Part shown: piece after piece, positions 27,208-36,011 of the stretch
Numbering within the stretch: the stretch's first letter is position 1
Layout: each line of letters opens with the position of its first letter
Assembly (NCBI GenBank): GCA_044449925.1
Contig: JBIOIO010000004.1
Location: 2,560-66,559 of the forward strand
Length of the DNA stretch: 64,000 nt
Origin: Candidatus Saccharimonadales bacterium
Lineage (GTDB): Bacteria > Patescibacteriota > Saccharimonadia > Saccharimonadales > UBA4665
Reading direction: 5' to 3'
The notes under the pieces: model-generated
What the model was told of the DNA's origin: nothing
Seen by the model: the letters and a program-made list of their open reading frames with translations, nothing else
Database searches by the model: none
Position numbers and translations under genes: made by a program

Positions 27208-28737
27208 TTAGACCTCAAAACGAAGCCTGCTAATAAGCCAGTCTCTGGGCAAAGTATTTAAAAACCAACCAGCACGAGGTCCTGATGATTTATCTATAAG
27301 TATCTTGTAAAGTATGCCGAACATTTCCTTAGGTTGCATATCTAGCTCATCCTTATAATCGTATATGGCCTTATGAAACCAAGCTCCATCTGCATCATCC
27401 GGCGCAGATGAAATCTTATCTGCCAATTTACTTAGGAATTGTTTATCCTTTTCTGAAAATTCGCTTGGATCCACTTTATCAACAAGAGCAAATTTAACAT
27501 TTTCGGGTGCATATTTTTCGAGCCAAGTATCAATGAATCTTAGTTCACTTCTGATAAGGTCAGACTCTTCATTTACTACTTCAGAATACTCGGTCCTAGC
27601 AATAATGCTTAGGGTGAGATCTGCGTCTTTGAGAGCCGCCTGGTAGCTTGCAACAAGTAGCGAAAAAGGAACTCTACTTATTGTTTTCTGAATCCCTCTG
27701 GTACAAACATAATAAAGCTGCTCGTCGCTTTCAGATCTATCCTTTTTAGCACTTAGTGCAGCGAAATCATCGAGAAGCTGTACAACTCCGTTTACAGGGT
27801 CAAAATATATAGGACGGTTAAGCGCGCTCCTTAGCATAAAATACCTTATGACTTCACTCGGTAATACTTCTAGACCCTCCTCGGCACTTAGTGCTGTACC
27901 CTTAGAAGCACTCATTTTTTTGGTATCGCCAGTCATATGTACGGAGTCATACGCGACAGCAAGTGGTGCTTCAGCCTTATAAATGTCTTCCATAAGTCTT
28001 ACGCCAGTATCATAAGATCCTCCAGCGCTTGCGTGTTCCCTTCCGAAAGGCTCAACGGCAACTTTCATAAGCCACCATCGTCCCGGCCAGTCCAGTCGCC
28101 AATCCATCTTTACTTCACCTCTGTCGTATCGTGCTGATTTCGTTTCATCTTTTGCGTCAATGTAATTAAGAGTCTTATCTTCAGTGTTGATACTGACGAA
28201 TTTTCGGTTTTTAAGTCTACCGTTATCCATAACCTGAATTGGTGTCCAGCTATCTGACAGTTTTCTATTGGACACTTCTTCTAAAATATCTTTTATTTGG
28301 CTAAAGTTCTCAGCACAGCGTTCTATAGCAGGCACAAAATATCCCGAACGGTACTTTGTGTGAGAGTATATAAATTCCACCTCAATATGAAGATCCTCAC
28401 AAGCTTTGATAAGTGAATCAATATGAAAGTCCGCGTAAGATTTGTCAGAACCGTCCGGCGCCGGTATGTCACAAAGTGGTATACCTAAATACTTTTCGTA
28501 GTCTTGTGGCATGTTCTTTGGAACTTTTCTAAAGGCATCTAGATCATCGACAAAATATATGTGCTTTGCTTCTCTTCCCTTTCGCTGAAGTTCAAGCATA
28601 ATTGCATCACAAATAACAACCTCCCTTAAGTGTCCGAGATGATAGGTACCCGAAGGAGATCCTCCGGACTCTATTAAAATCTCGCCCTCAGGCTGACGAG
28701 CGATTAATTGCTCGGTGATTGAATCAAGCCACTGCAT
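27208..28737 (-). CDS. lysK: lysine--tRNA ligase, class I
   Basis: 509 aa. Class I signatures HLGH (SGTYHLGHLREV) and KMSAS (KMSKS-like). Architecture matches archaeal-type LysRS, not class II LysS. Confidence 0.9.
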   Translation of the reverse strand: MQWLDSITEQLIARQPEGEILIESGGSPSGTYHLGHLREVVICDAIMLELQRKGREAKHIYFVDDLDAFRKVPKNMPQDYEKYLGIPLCDIPAPDGSDKSYADFHIDSLIKACEDLHIEVEFIYSHTKYRSGYFVPAIERCAENFSQIKDILEEVSNRKLSDSWTPIQVMDNGRLKNRKFVSINTEDKTLNYIDAKDETKSARYDRGEVKMDWRLDWPGRWWLMKVAVEPFGREHASAGGSYDTGVRLMEDIYKAEAPLAVAYDSVHMTGDTKKMSASKGTALSAEEGLEVLPSEVIRYFMLRSALNRPIYFDPVNGVVQLLDDFAALSAKKDRSESDEQLYYVCTRGIQKTISRVPFSLLVASYQAALKDADLTLSIIARTEYSEVVNEESDLIRSELRFIDTWLEKYAPENVKFALVDKVDPSEFSEKDKQFLSKLADKISSAPDDADGAWFHKAIYDYKDELDMQPKEMFGILYKILIDKSSGPRAGWFLNTLPRDWLISRLRFEV

Positions 28738-28761
28738 AATCTTGACTAACTATGCGCCGTT

Positions 28762-29220
28762 TTAACTAATTTCTACTACTTTATAAGTAGAAGTATCTAT
28801 AGGAGTGGTAATTTCGACTGTATCTCCAACGCTTTTGCCTATCAAGGCTTTACCTATAGGTGATTCGTCTGAAATCTTCCCACTTAAAGGATCGGCTTCA
28901 ACAGTACCTACAACCTGAAACTCTTTGGTCTTGCCAGAATTCTTTAATTTCACAAGCGAGCCCAACTGCACCTTACTGTCTCCTCGCGGCTTCTTTATGA
29001 TCTCAACATTTTGAAGGATATTCTCTACTTCAGCAATTCGGCTTTCGTTCCGATCTTGCTCTGCACGTGCAGATTGGTATTCTGCATTTTCCGCTAAATC
29101 ACCCAGTTCACGGGCAGTCTTAATCGCATCGGCTATGCCTGTCCTCTTAGCAACTAAACTATCAAGCTCACTTTTAAGCTCATCCACGCCTGATTGGGTC
29201 AAACGAAATAATTTCTTCAT
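28762..29220 (-). CDS. greA: transcription elongation factor GreA
   Basis: 152 aa. The coiled-coil finger with GDLAENAEYQSARAEQ is a typical Gre signature. AAGGAGG SD. An extended -10 (TGTTATAAT) lies on the minus strand at 29301-29309. Confidence 0.92.
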   Translation of the reverse strand: MKKLFRLTQSGVDELKSELDSLVAKRTGIADAIKTARELGDLAENAEYQSARAEQDRNESRIAEVENILQNVEIIKKPRGDSKVQLGSLVKLKNSGKTKEFQVVGTVEADPLSGKISDESPIGKALIGKSVGDTVEITTPIDTSTYKVVEIS

Positions 29221-29313
29221 GGTTTTCCTCCTTACTAAACTGCACGTGTGGTCGTCTTCTAGGACTCTCTACGTTACTTTCAGTTGACTGTATGGCGACT
29301 ATTATAACAATGC

Positions 29314-30570
29314 CTAGCCAACTATTCCTAACATTTTTAACAATTCATCCTTTTGTATCTGTTTTGAGTCAGATTCTTTTCGATATTTTAGTTCAATTGT
29401 TCCTGATTCAACCGTCTTATCACTGATAACTATCCTGTATGGAATTCCTAGTAAATCAGCGTCTGCAAATTTCTCTCCAGCTCTTACGTCGCGATCATCA
29501 TATATAACTGTAACTTTGGAATCTTTTAGCAGATTATACAGCTCGTCTGCCTGGTTCGTTACCTGCTCACCATCACCAAGACGTGCGATGTATACCTTGG
29601 CCGGAGCGATATTCTCAGGCCATACAAGTCCTTTATCATCTGAAAAATGCTCAGCAATAACACCCATGAGTCTTGTTATTCCAATGCCATAAGAACTAAG
29701 ATATACCGGTTTATCTTTACCAGATTCATCTGTAAAATGCATGCCCAACTCTTCCGCTTTTGTTGGTCCAAAATTGAATATATTACCAACTTCAGCAGAT
29801 TTAACTTTTTCAAGTTCTTCCTTTGTTAGACCAATCTGAGATAAGGACTCCTCGTTATATACCTCTTCATTTATTGCTAGTTTTTTGTCCTTAGATATAT
29901 AAATTACATCTTCCCCAGCATCTGTTACAGTCTGAAACTCGTGACTAAATTTTGTAAATGCACCGCCGGATGCATATGTAATATATGTAATATCACCGAG
30001 GCCAACTCTTTCAAATATATTTAGATAGGCTCGTTTCACTTTGTCGTAGAATTCCAGAAGTTCCTGATCATTTCTTGAAAAACCATATAGATCTTTCATA
30101 ACAAATTCACGTCCGCGCATGATTCCGCTTTTTGCTCGAAGTTCATTGCGGAATTTTGTCTGGAATTGGTAAACTGCTACCGGCAATTCCCTATAGCTTG
30201 ATACGAAATTCTTCATCATATCAACCATCGGTTCTTCATGCGACCAGGCCAAACCGACATCTGATCCGTTTTTTAATTTTGTTTTAAACCAAATATCGAC
30301 ATTTTCATCACCCCATCGATCTGTTTTTTCCCAAAGTTCTTTTCTCTGCAAGCTTGTCATTATCAGCTCTTGCGAACCTAGACTATTCATCTCCTCGCGA
30401 ACAATTGATTTTATGTTCTCTAATACTTGAATGCCAAAGGGCAAATAAGCATACACGCCAGCTAGTTCTTTATGTATATAGCCAGCTTGTATTAAAAGCT
30501 GAGCATTTCTTGATGTTTCGTCAGCGGGTACAGTTTTTCTCGTTTTAGTAAATTGTTTAGAAAGTCTCAT
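29314..30570 (-). CDS. proS: proline--tRNA ligase (short form without the INS editing domain)
   Basis: 418 aa. MRLSKQFTKTRKTVPADETSRNAQLLIQAGYIHKELAGVYAYLPFG matches the ProRS N-terminus. About 150 aa shorter than bacterial-type ProRS. Confidence 0.9.
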   Translation of the reverse strand: MRLSKQFTKTRKTVPADETSRNAQLLIQAGYIHKELAGVYAYLPFGIQVLENIKSIVREEMNSLGSQELIMTSLQRKELWEKTDRWGDENVDIWFKTKLKNGSDVGLAWSHEEPMVDMMKNFVSSYRELPVAVYQFQTKFRNELRAKSGIMRGREFVMKDLYGFSRNDQELLEFYDKVKRAYLNIFERVGLGDITYITYASGGAFTKFSHEFQTVTDAGEDVIYISKDKKLAINEEVYNEESLSQIGLTKEELEKVKSAEVGNIFNFGPTKAEELGMHFTDESGKDKPVYLSSYGIGITRLMGVIAEHFSDDKGLVWPENIAPAKVYIARLGDGEQVTNQADELYNLLKDSKVTVIYDDRDVRAGEKFADADLLGIPYRIVISDKTVESGTIELKYRKESDSKQIQKDELLKMLGIVG

Positions 30571-30643
30571 ATTTTTCCATTATGATGCCCTTATTGTAGC
30601 ATCAGCAGTTAGTTTGATGTATGCGAGCATATAGCCTTCTTTT

Positions 30644-31426
30644 CTATGCAGCTATAATCTCTGTGCCTATCCTTTCGCCTTCAAGCATTTGTGCAAAATC
30701 TGCGTCAGCACTACATATATATGCTCTGCCACCTAGTTCAACATGTAGTTTTGCCTGTCTTAGCTTTGAATCGATTCCACCTGTTGAATTCACGTTTTCA
30801 CCTTCATCTACTTCGCTCTCAATTAGATCTTCTACTTCTGAAACACGCACTGTACTTAACAAGGTTCTTTCCCTGGTTGTAAACCCATCCACACCAGAAG
30901 TTGCAAGAATAAGCGTACTTGCGTGTGTAATCCCAGCCACTTCTCGTGCCGTTTCATCATTGTCCTTTTGAGATTCGATTTTATCTAACTCATCTTGCTT
31001 ACTGTGTCTTTTGGCCATGAAATCATTGTGATTTAAAACAGGTATAACACCGTCCTCAATGGCTTCCTCAAAAGATGATAGAAAGTTCATAGCCTGCTCA
31101 GCGTCATCAAGTTCATGATGACTAGCCAGAACCTGTCCGGCAGTTAATCCCACCTTTTCAAAAGCATCTTCCCAGGCAACTGAGATACCAGCACTTCCGA
31201 GCATTGCCAGTGTACGTCTGTGTTTGCCCTGCCAACCTTGTCCAGTCTGCTCAAGACGTCTTTTAGCACGAAGTACGGCACCTGATGTAACAATCAACAG
31301 GTCATTCTCAACGTATACTGGAGCAAGCCTTACAGCATGGCTATCGATTCTTTCATAATCTATGCCATCGCCGTTTACCAGGCTCTCCGATCCAAATTTC
31401 ACTACCACCCGTTCTCTGTCGCTCAT
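30644..31426 (-). CDS. glutamate 5-kinase-like amino-acid-kinase family protein (ProB-like, no PUA domain)
   Basis: 260 aa. VVKFGSESL, IVTSGAV, VLNHNDFM, KDNDETA, STGGIDSKL and GERIGTEI are collinear with ProB motifs (VVKLGTS, VTSGA, NENDAV, GDND, GTGGM). Confidence 0.6.
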   Translation of the reverse strand: MSDRERVVVKFGSESLVNGDGIDYERIDSHAVRLAPVYVENDLLIVTSGAVLRAKRRLEQTGQGWQGKHRRTLAMLGSAGISVAWEDAFEKVGLTAGQVLASHHELDDAEQAMNFLSSFEEAIEDGVIPVLNHNDFMAKRHSKQDELDKIESQKDNDETAREVAGITHASTLILATSGVDGFTTRERTLLSTVRVSEVEDLIESEVDEGENVNSTGGIDSKLRQAKLHVELGGRAYICSADADFAQMLEGERIGTEIIAA

Positions 31427-31440
31427 ATCATATCCCTTAT

Positions 31441-31472
31441 ATTAAAAATCCCCCTGTTTTCTTTTAGGAGGA
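31441..31472 (-). terminator. candidate intrinsic terminator downstream of the CPBP protease gene
   Basis: Minus strand reads UCCUCCU-AAAAGAAAAC-AGGGGGA (7 bp including one G-U pair) followed by UUUUUAAU. Confidence 0.45.
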
Positions 31473-31568
31473 GGTATGTTTATAAATTAAATTAAAACTA
31501 AACTACACCTCGACGGGCGGTAGCGGTAGATATATTCGGGCTAACAAATTACTCATAATCAATACTTA

Positions 31569-32420
31569 TTATAACATCATTTGAAGCTGTACATGAAAAA
31601 GAAATACAAATGCCACAAAGTTCTTTAGACCATGAAGGGTCATACTAGCCCACAAGCCTCCAGTTTTTTCCCTTAACAATATAAGGACGAGACTTAGGAT
31701 AAAGGTATCTATTCCTGCTATATACAATGGTCCCGAGTTTCCTCCCTCAGGTAAATGTCCTGCGGCAAATAATAAGCTCGTACCAATTACAGCCACAACA
31801 GTAGGTAGGTTTTTTTTAAGGCTGGAGTAGAGTAACCCGCGAAAAAGTATCTCTTCGGCTATAGGTGGCAGTATAACCAAACTTATAAAAGTTAATATCA
31901 GTTCCCAGTTCGCAGTAACGTTATTAAATCCTAATTGCTGTTTTTGATCGTACTTAAAACTTGGATAAAAATGAGTTATCAGACCAACTACTATGAAATA
32001 TAGGAAGAAGTAAGGCAGAATTGCAGATAGGCCCCAAAGCGGATCGGTCCATTTCGGCCTGCGAAGACCAATTTGCTTAAGTCCATTTTTATAGCGACGA
32101 ACGAAGAGAACAACCGTCAAAATTACTATGGACTCAGCGAGCAAAACATATAAAAATTGGGCAGAGATTGAGTTTTGCAACCAGTTGATAACTTGATCTG
32201 TTGACCAATGCTTAGGTATTCGATAAAACGATAGAAGTATTTCACTAATTGCCTGGGAAGCAAAAAATATAACTATTACTAAGACAAAACCAGCCAATGG
32301 GTTCCAACTTGCTATTTTTTCCTTGTCTTTTTCATCAAATTTTTCACCTTCGTTAACAGACGCTGCAATCGTTTCTTTCTTCTGACTTTTAGGTGATTTA
32401 GGTGATTCTTTTGATGTCAT
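31569..32420 (-). CDS. CPBP family intramembrane glutamic endopeptidase (CAAX protease-like)
   Basis: 283 aa, multi-TM. Motif 1 IAEEILFRGLLY, motif 2 FAAGH, motif 3 HGLKN. Confidence 0.8.
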   Translation of the reverse strand: MTSKESPKSPKSQKKETIAASVNEGEKFDEKDKEKIASWNPLAGFVLVIVIFFASQAISEILLSFYRIPKHWSTDQVINWLQNSISAQFLYVLLAESIVILTVVLFVRRYKNGLKQIGLRRPKWTDPLWGLSAILPYFFLYFIVVGLITHFYPSFKYDQKQQLGFNNVTANWELILTFISLVILPPIAEEILFRGLLYSSLKKNLPTVVAVIGTSLLFAAGHLPEGGNSGPLYIAGIDTFILSLVLILLREKTGGLWASMTLHGLKNFVAFVFLFHVQLQMML

Positions 32421-33561
32421 TGATTGTTATTAGAATAGCCAAAATTATTAATATTATTGCCGTCACGCCATAAATTGCGTTTTCTCGCTTCTCCGTCAGA
32501 GGCCACTTTATAGATCGGCTGAAATATGTGAGATACAACTTGCCACCATCGACTACAGGTATAGGCAGTATATTCATAAATGCCAAGATTATTGAAATGT
32601 ACGCGATGAACCACATGACATATAGAAATCCGGCATAAGAAATATTATGAAGGATAGCAATGATACCGACTGGTCCGGCAATGTTTGCAGTTGCAGCTAC
32701 TTGGGCGTGTTGTCTCGCGACGTGATTGTTTGTTAAGAGACCAGATATAAGTCCGACTAACCCAACCAGACTATGTCCGAGCGCAACGATAGTCATCCAT
32801 ATAAGCTGAATGCTTAATCCGACTGCAACTATAGGAGCTGACCAAGTTGATCTATACAGAGTCTCCTGCACTGATGTACTTATACCAAGCGCGTATTTAT
32901 TCTTAGAATTGTCGTTGCCATTGAGAGACAAGAATCGCACCGTTGATACGTGTGAAACACCGTTTCGAGAAAAATGTATTGTTACCTCTTTGCTTTCAAG
33001 TGATCTCGTTACAGTCGGTATATCGGTATTACTACTAATGTTTATGATTTTATTGCTGTTATATACATTAAACGAGGTAAGTATGTCGCCAGTCTTTAGG
33101 CCTGCCTTATCCGCTGGCGAGCCAGAAACAACACTGCTTACATTTACCGGTTTTTGCACCGCATGCGTATCACTAGGAACCGTGTATTGGTTAGGAACAA
33201 AATGAGGCATGCCCGCAAGAGCAACAAATGTGAATAAAATTAATCCGATTATAAAATTGGTAGTAACACCCGCCAGTAGAATCTTAGTCTTGACCTTGAG
33301 CGTGCTTGCACCGTAAGAGTGTGGCTCGGTGTCAATATCCCGTTCACCTTTTAAGCGAACAAACCCTCCCAAAGGAATCGTATTAATGCTAAAAATCCAA
33401 CCACTTTTCGTCTTGCGGCTATACAACCTGGGTGGGAAAAATATTCCGTACTCTTCAACCTCTACACCATTTCGTCTGGCCACCCAAAAGTGCCCAAGTT
33501 CATGAAGTGCAATTAAGGCGATTATAGATAAAATACCCAATACTAACAGAAAAATCGACAT
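32398..33561 (-). CDS. rseP: RIP metalloprotease RseP (site-2 protease, M50) with PDZ domain
   Basis: 387 aa. HELGHFWVARRNG (HExxH) in TM1, PDZ (GSPADKAGLKTGDIL), and a C-terminal NILPIPVVDGG (LDG motif). Confidence 0.88.
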   Translation of the reverse strand: MSIFLLVLGILSIIALIALHELGHFWVARRNGVEVEEYGIFFPPRLYSRKTKSGWIFSINTIPLGGFVRLKGERDIDTEPHSYGASTLKVKTKILLAGVTTNFIIGLILFTFVALAGMPHFVPNQYTVPSDTHAVQKPVNVSSVVSGSPADKAGLKTGDILTSFNVYNSNKIINISSNTDIPTVTRSLESKEVTIHFSRNGVSHVSTVRFLSLNGNDNSKNKYALGISTSVQETLYRSTWSAPIVAVGLSIQLIWMTIVALGHSLVGLVGLISGLLTNNHVARQHAQVAATANIAGPVGIIAILHNISYAGFLYVMWFIAYISIILAFMNILPIPVVDGGKLYLTYFSRSIKWPLTEKRENAIYGVTAIILIILAILITINDIKRIT

Positions 33562-33599
33562 TGTTACTATTGTACCAAACCTTATGTGCTAATTATTAC

Positions 33600-33628
33600 T
33601 TTACAGATAATATCGAGCTCTATATAAT
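33600..33628 (+). promoter_or_regulatory. sigma70-like promoter for the L,D-transpeptidase gene
   Basis: TTTACA (33600-33605), a 17-nt spacer, then a perfect TATAAT (33623-33628). Confidence 0.5.
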
Positions 33629-33691
33629 AACACTAGGTTAAGCTTATTTTAAGCTGAGAAGTGCGCTAAAATAGAGAGGAAAAATAAAAAA

Positions 33692-34828
33692 GTGTTCCGA
33701 GGGATTAGAAGCGTGGCTACACATGGGAAAACAATACATGTACAAGAGGTGGCGCTCCCAAATATTTTGGGAGAGAAAATTGAAGTTACCCTTGTTAATA
33801 GCCATACTAGCAAGGATGAAAGTCCTTCCAAAGCCACTAAACTTGGCACCTCTTTAGATTTTTTTCACAGATACTTTATCGGAACATTTGCTCTACTATT
33901 TTTGCTGGTTGGATCCTCTGGAATAATATTATTCGGCAGATATGACTCTGCTCGTATTCTTGCTTTGACAAAGCCAATAGAACAAAGCAAACAACTAACA
34001 AAAATTATCTCCGGACCTAGCATAACTATACCCAGTAGTCAGCTACAAACGCAGATTCAAAGCATTACTTCACAGCAGATAACTTTGGAAGTCGGAACTC
34101 ATAATGTATCCGTAAGCCCTACCCAGATTAAATCATGGCTCAAAGTTACTGCGAGCGGTAATGCAGTCCAAGATTACATACAAATTGATACTTCTGCTAT
34201 TGAATCAAGCGTTAAATCTCTCGCCGCTCAATTTGCGATTGCACCAATTAATAGCGTTACTGTAACTCACACTGACGGCATAACACCATCAGGTGTCATA
34301 GTTGCTGGTCGCGACGGAAGCGCACTTGGTGACTTAAGTGTAATATCCACTCAGTCGAAACAATTTGCTAATTCAATTTTAAATGGTCAAGGCGCTCAAT
34401 TCAGTGCACCTCTGACTACTGTTCCAGCCCAAGCCTTCACTCCGGCTAACTTCAGCAAAATGATTGAAGTGGATTTGGTTACGAAGCGTATGTACACCTA
34501 CGAAAATGGCCAAATCGCACAGACTTATCTTATAAGTGCTGGTAAATCTGATACACCTACACCTGTTGGAGAGTTCCATATATATGCTAAATATGCGGTG
34601 CAGGATATGAGAGGATTTAATCCTGATGGCACACCATATTTGCAACCTCATGTTCGTTGGATAAATTATTTCTACGGTGGAGACGCTATACACGGCAACT
34701 ACTGGCGTCCGCTAAGCTACTTCGGCAACATAAACAGTTCGCATGGTTGCGTAGGCCTTCCTGACGATTTAGCAGTAGGAGTATACAACTGGGCACCAAT
34801 TGGTACCACCGTTATAACCCACGATTAA
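33692..34828 (+). CDS. L,D-transpeptidase (YkuD domain) with N-terminal membrane anchor
   Basis: 378 aa. C-terminal catalytic motif HGNYW...SSHGCVGL. GTG start in the track, so the exact start is uncertain. Confidence 0.85.
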   Translation: MFRGIRSVATHGKTIHVQEVALPNILGEKIEVTLVNSHTSKDESPSKATKLGTSLDFFHRYFIGTFALLFLLVGSSGIILFGRYDSARILALTKPIEQSKQLTKIISGPSITIPSSQLQTQIQSITSQQITLEVGTHNVSVSPTQIKSWLKVTASGNAVQDYIQIDTSAIESSVKSLAAQFAIAPINSVTVTHTDGITPSGVIVAGRDGSALGDLSVISTQSKQFANSILNGQGAQFSAPLTTVPAQAFTPANFSKMIEVDLVTKRMYTYENGQIAQTYLISAGKSDTPTPVGEFHIYAKYAVQDMRGFNPDGTPYLQPHVRWINYFYGGDAIHGNYWRPLSYFGNINSSHGCVGLPDDLAVGVYNWAPIGTTVITHD

Positions 34829-35388
34829 ATAGTAAGGATTTCTTTTTCTTTTTCTTTTGCTGCCGATTCAACTTTTAAGCGTGCTGCGTTCATAGCATCT
34901 TCTACTTGTGCATTGTAGCGCTTTGCATCGTCTTCACCGATTTGCTTATCTTTTTTAGCGCCTTCAATTGCGTTAAGCGCCTCGTGTCTGACGGATCGTA
35001 AGCTAATCATGCATTCTTCTTGTTTTGCCCCAACTTGTTTGGCTAGTTCTTTTCTTCTTTCTTCAGTCAAAGATGGCACCGGAACACGAATTATGCGCCC
35101 GTCATCAGACGGATTGAGACCAAGCGATTGGTTATTTCGGATTGAAGAAGATATAGCTTCAATATTATTTGGATCAAAAGGAGAAATTTGCAGTAGCTGT
35201 GCCTCAGGGGCGGAAACACTTGCAGCCTGAATGAGAGGTATAGTTGTCCCATAGACCTCAACCATTACTCCGGACAGCATTGCCGGGCTCGCCCTACCTG
35301 TTCGGAGGGTTTTTAGTGAATCTTGATACTTCTCAACAATTTGGTTGAGTTTTGTCTTAGTATCATCTATTATCTGCTGCGGATTCAT
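34825..35388 (-). CDS. frr: ribosome recycling factor
   Basis: 187 aa. The RTGRASPAMLSGVMVEVYG signature. Confidence 0.95.
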   Translation of the reverse strand: MNPQQIIDDTKTKLNQIVEKYQDSLKTLRTGRASPAMLSGVMVEVYGTTIPLIQAASVSAPEAQLLQISPFDPNNIEAISSSIRNNQSLGLNPSDDGRIIRVPVPSLTEERRKELAKQVGAKQEECMISLRSVRHEALNAIEGAKKDKQIGEDDAKRYNAQVEDAMNAARLKVESAAKEKEKEILTI

Positions 35389-35413
35389 AACCCTACTATA
35401 ACACTCTAACTAT

Positions 35414-36010
35414 TTAAGAGACTTCTCCGAGAGCCATTCGACTGAATCTTCGAATAACTATATTCTCACCCAGTCGGGCAGCTTGTTCCTTTACATAATC
35501 CGAAACTGTTTGGTCGGGGTTTTTTACAAATGGTTGTTCAAGTAAGCACCTCTCGGCAAAATATTTCTTCAATTGACCATCAACTATTTTATCAACCATG
35601 TCTTTAGGCTTGCCTTCTGCAATAGTTTTCTCTGTGAATTCTTTTCGCATACGATCTTGCTCAATTTCCGGCACTTTGTCAGTAGATACATATAGCGGAG
35701 AACTCGCGGCTATATGCATAGCTATATCTTTAACTAGATCTGTGAAAAGCTCATTTCGCGCAACGAAATCAGTCTCACAGTTAACTTCAACAAGCACTCC
35801 AATACGTCCATCGTGATTATATGTTCCTATTATTCCTGATCTAGCGTCTCGTTCGCTCCTCTTTTCGGCTTTTGTAAGACCTTTCTTTCGCATCGCGGCA
35901 AGAGCCTTATCAAAATCTCCTTTAGATTCTTCTAGGGCCCGCTTTGCATCCGTCAGACCAACCCCGGTTAAATCTTTTAATCGTTTTACAGCCGCAATAT
36001 CTACTGCCAT
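35414..36010 (-). CDS. tsf: translation elongation factor Ts (short form)
   Basis: The UBA-like N-terminus MAVDIAAVKRLKDLTGVGLTDAKRALEE starts at the ATG at 36010, preceded by AGGAG. The track ORF start (36040) overlaps rpsB. Confidence 0.9.
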   Translation of the reverse strand: MAVDIAAVKRLKDLTGVGLTDAKRALEESKGDFDKALAAMRKKGLTKAEKRSERDARSGIIGTYNHDGRIGVLVEVNCETDFVARNELFTDLVKDIAMHIAASSPLYVSTDKVPEIEQDRMRKEFTEKTIAEGKPKDMVDKIVDGQLKKYFAERCLLEQPFVKNPDQTVSDYVKEQAARLGENIVIRRFSRMALGEVS

Positions 36011-36011
36011 A

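Noticed and set aside
29243-29248. A CACGTG core (AACTGCACGTGTGGTC) as a possible parS site.
   Set aside because: The flanks are not palindromic and do not match TGTTNCACGTGAAACA. It lies in the greA leader, far from the par genes.
31466-31490. Strong SD (AGGAGGAGG) followed by a 4-codon mini-ORF, ATG TTT ATA AAT TAA, on the plus strand.
   Set aside because: The same bases are better explained as the 5' arm (UCCUCCU) of a minus-strand terminator hairpin downstream of the CPBP gene. A 4-aa plus-strand peptide has no supporting context.
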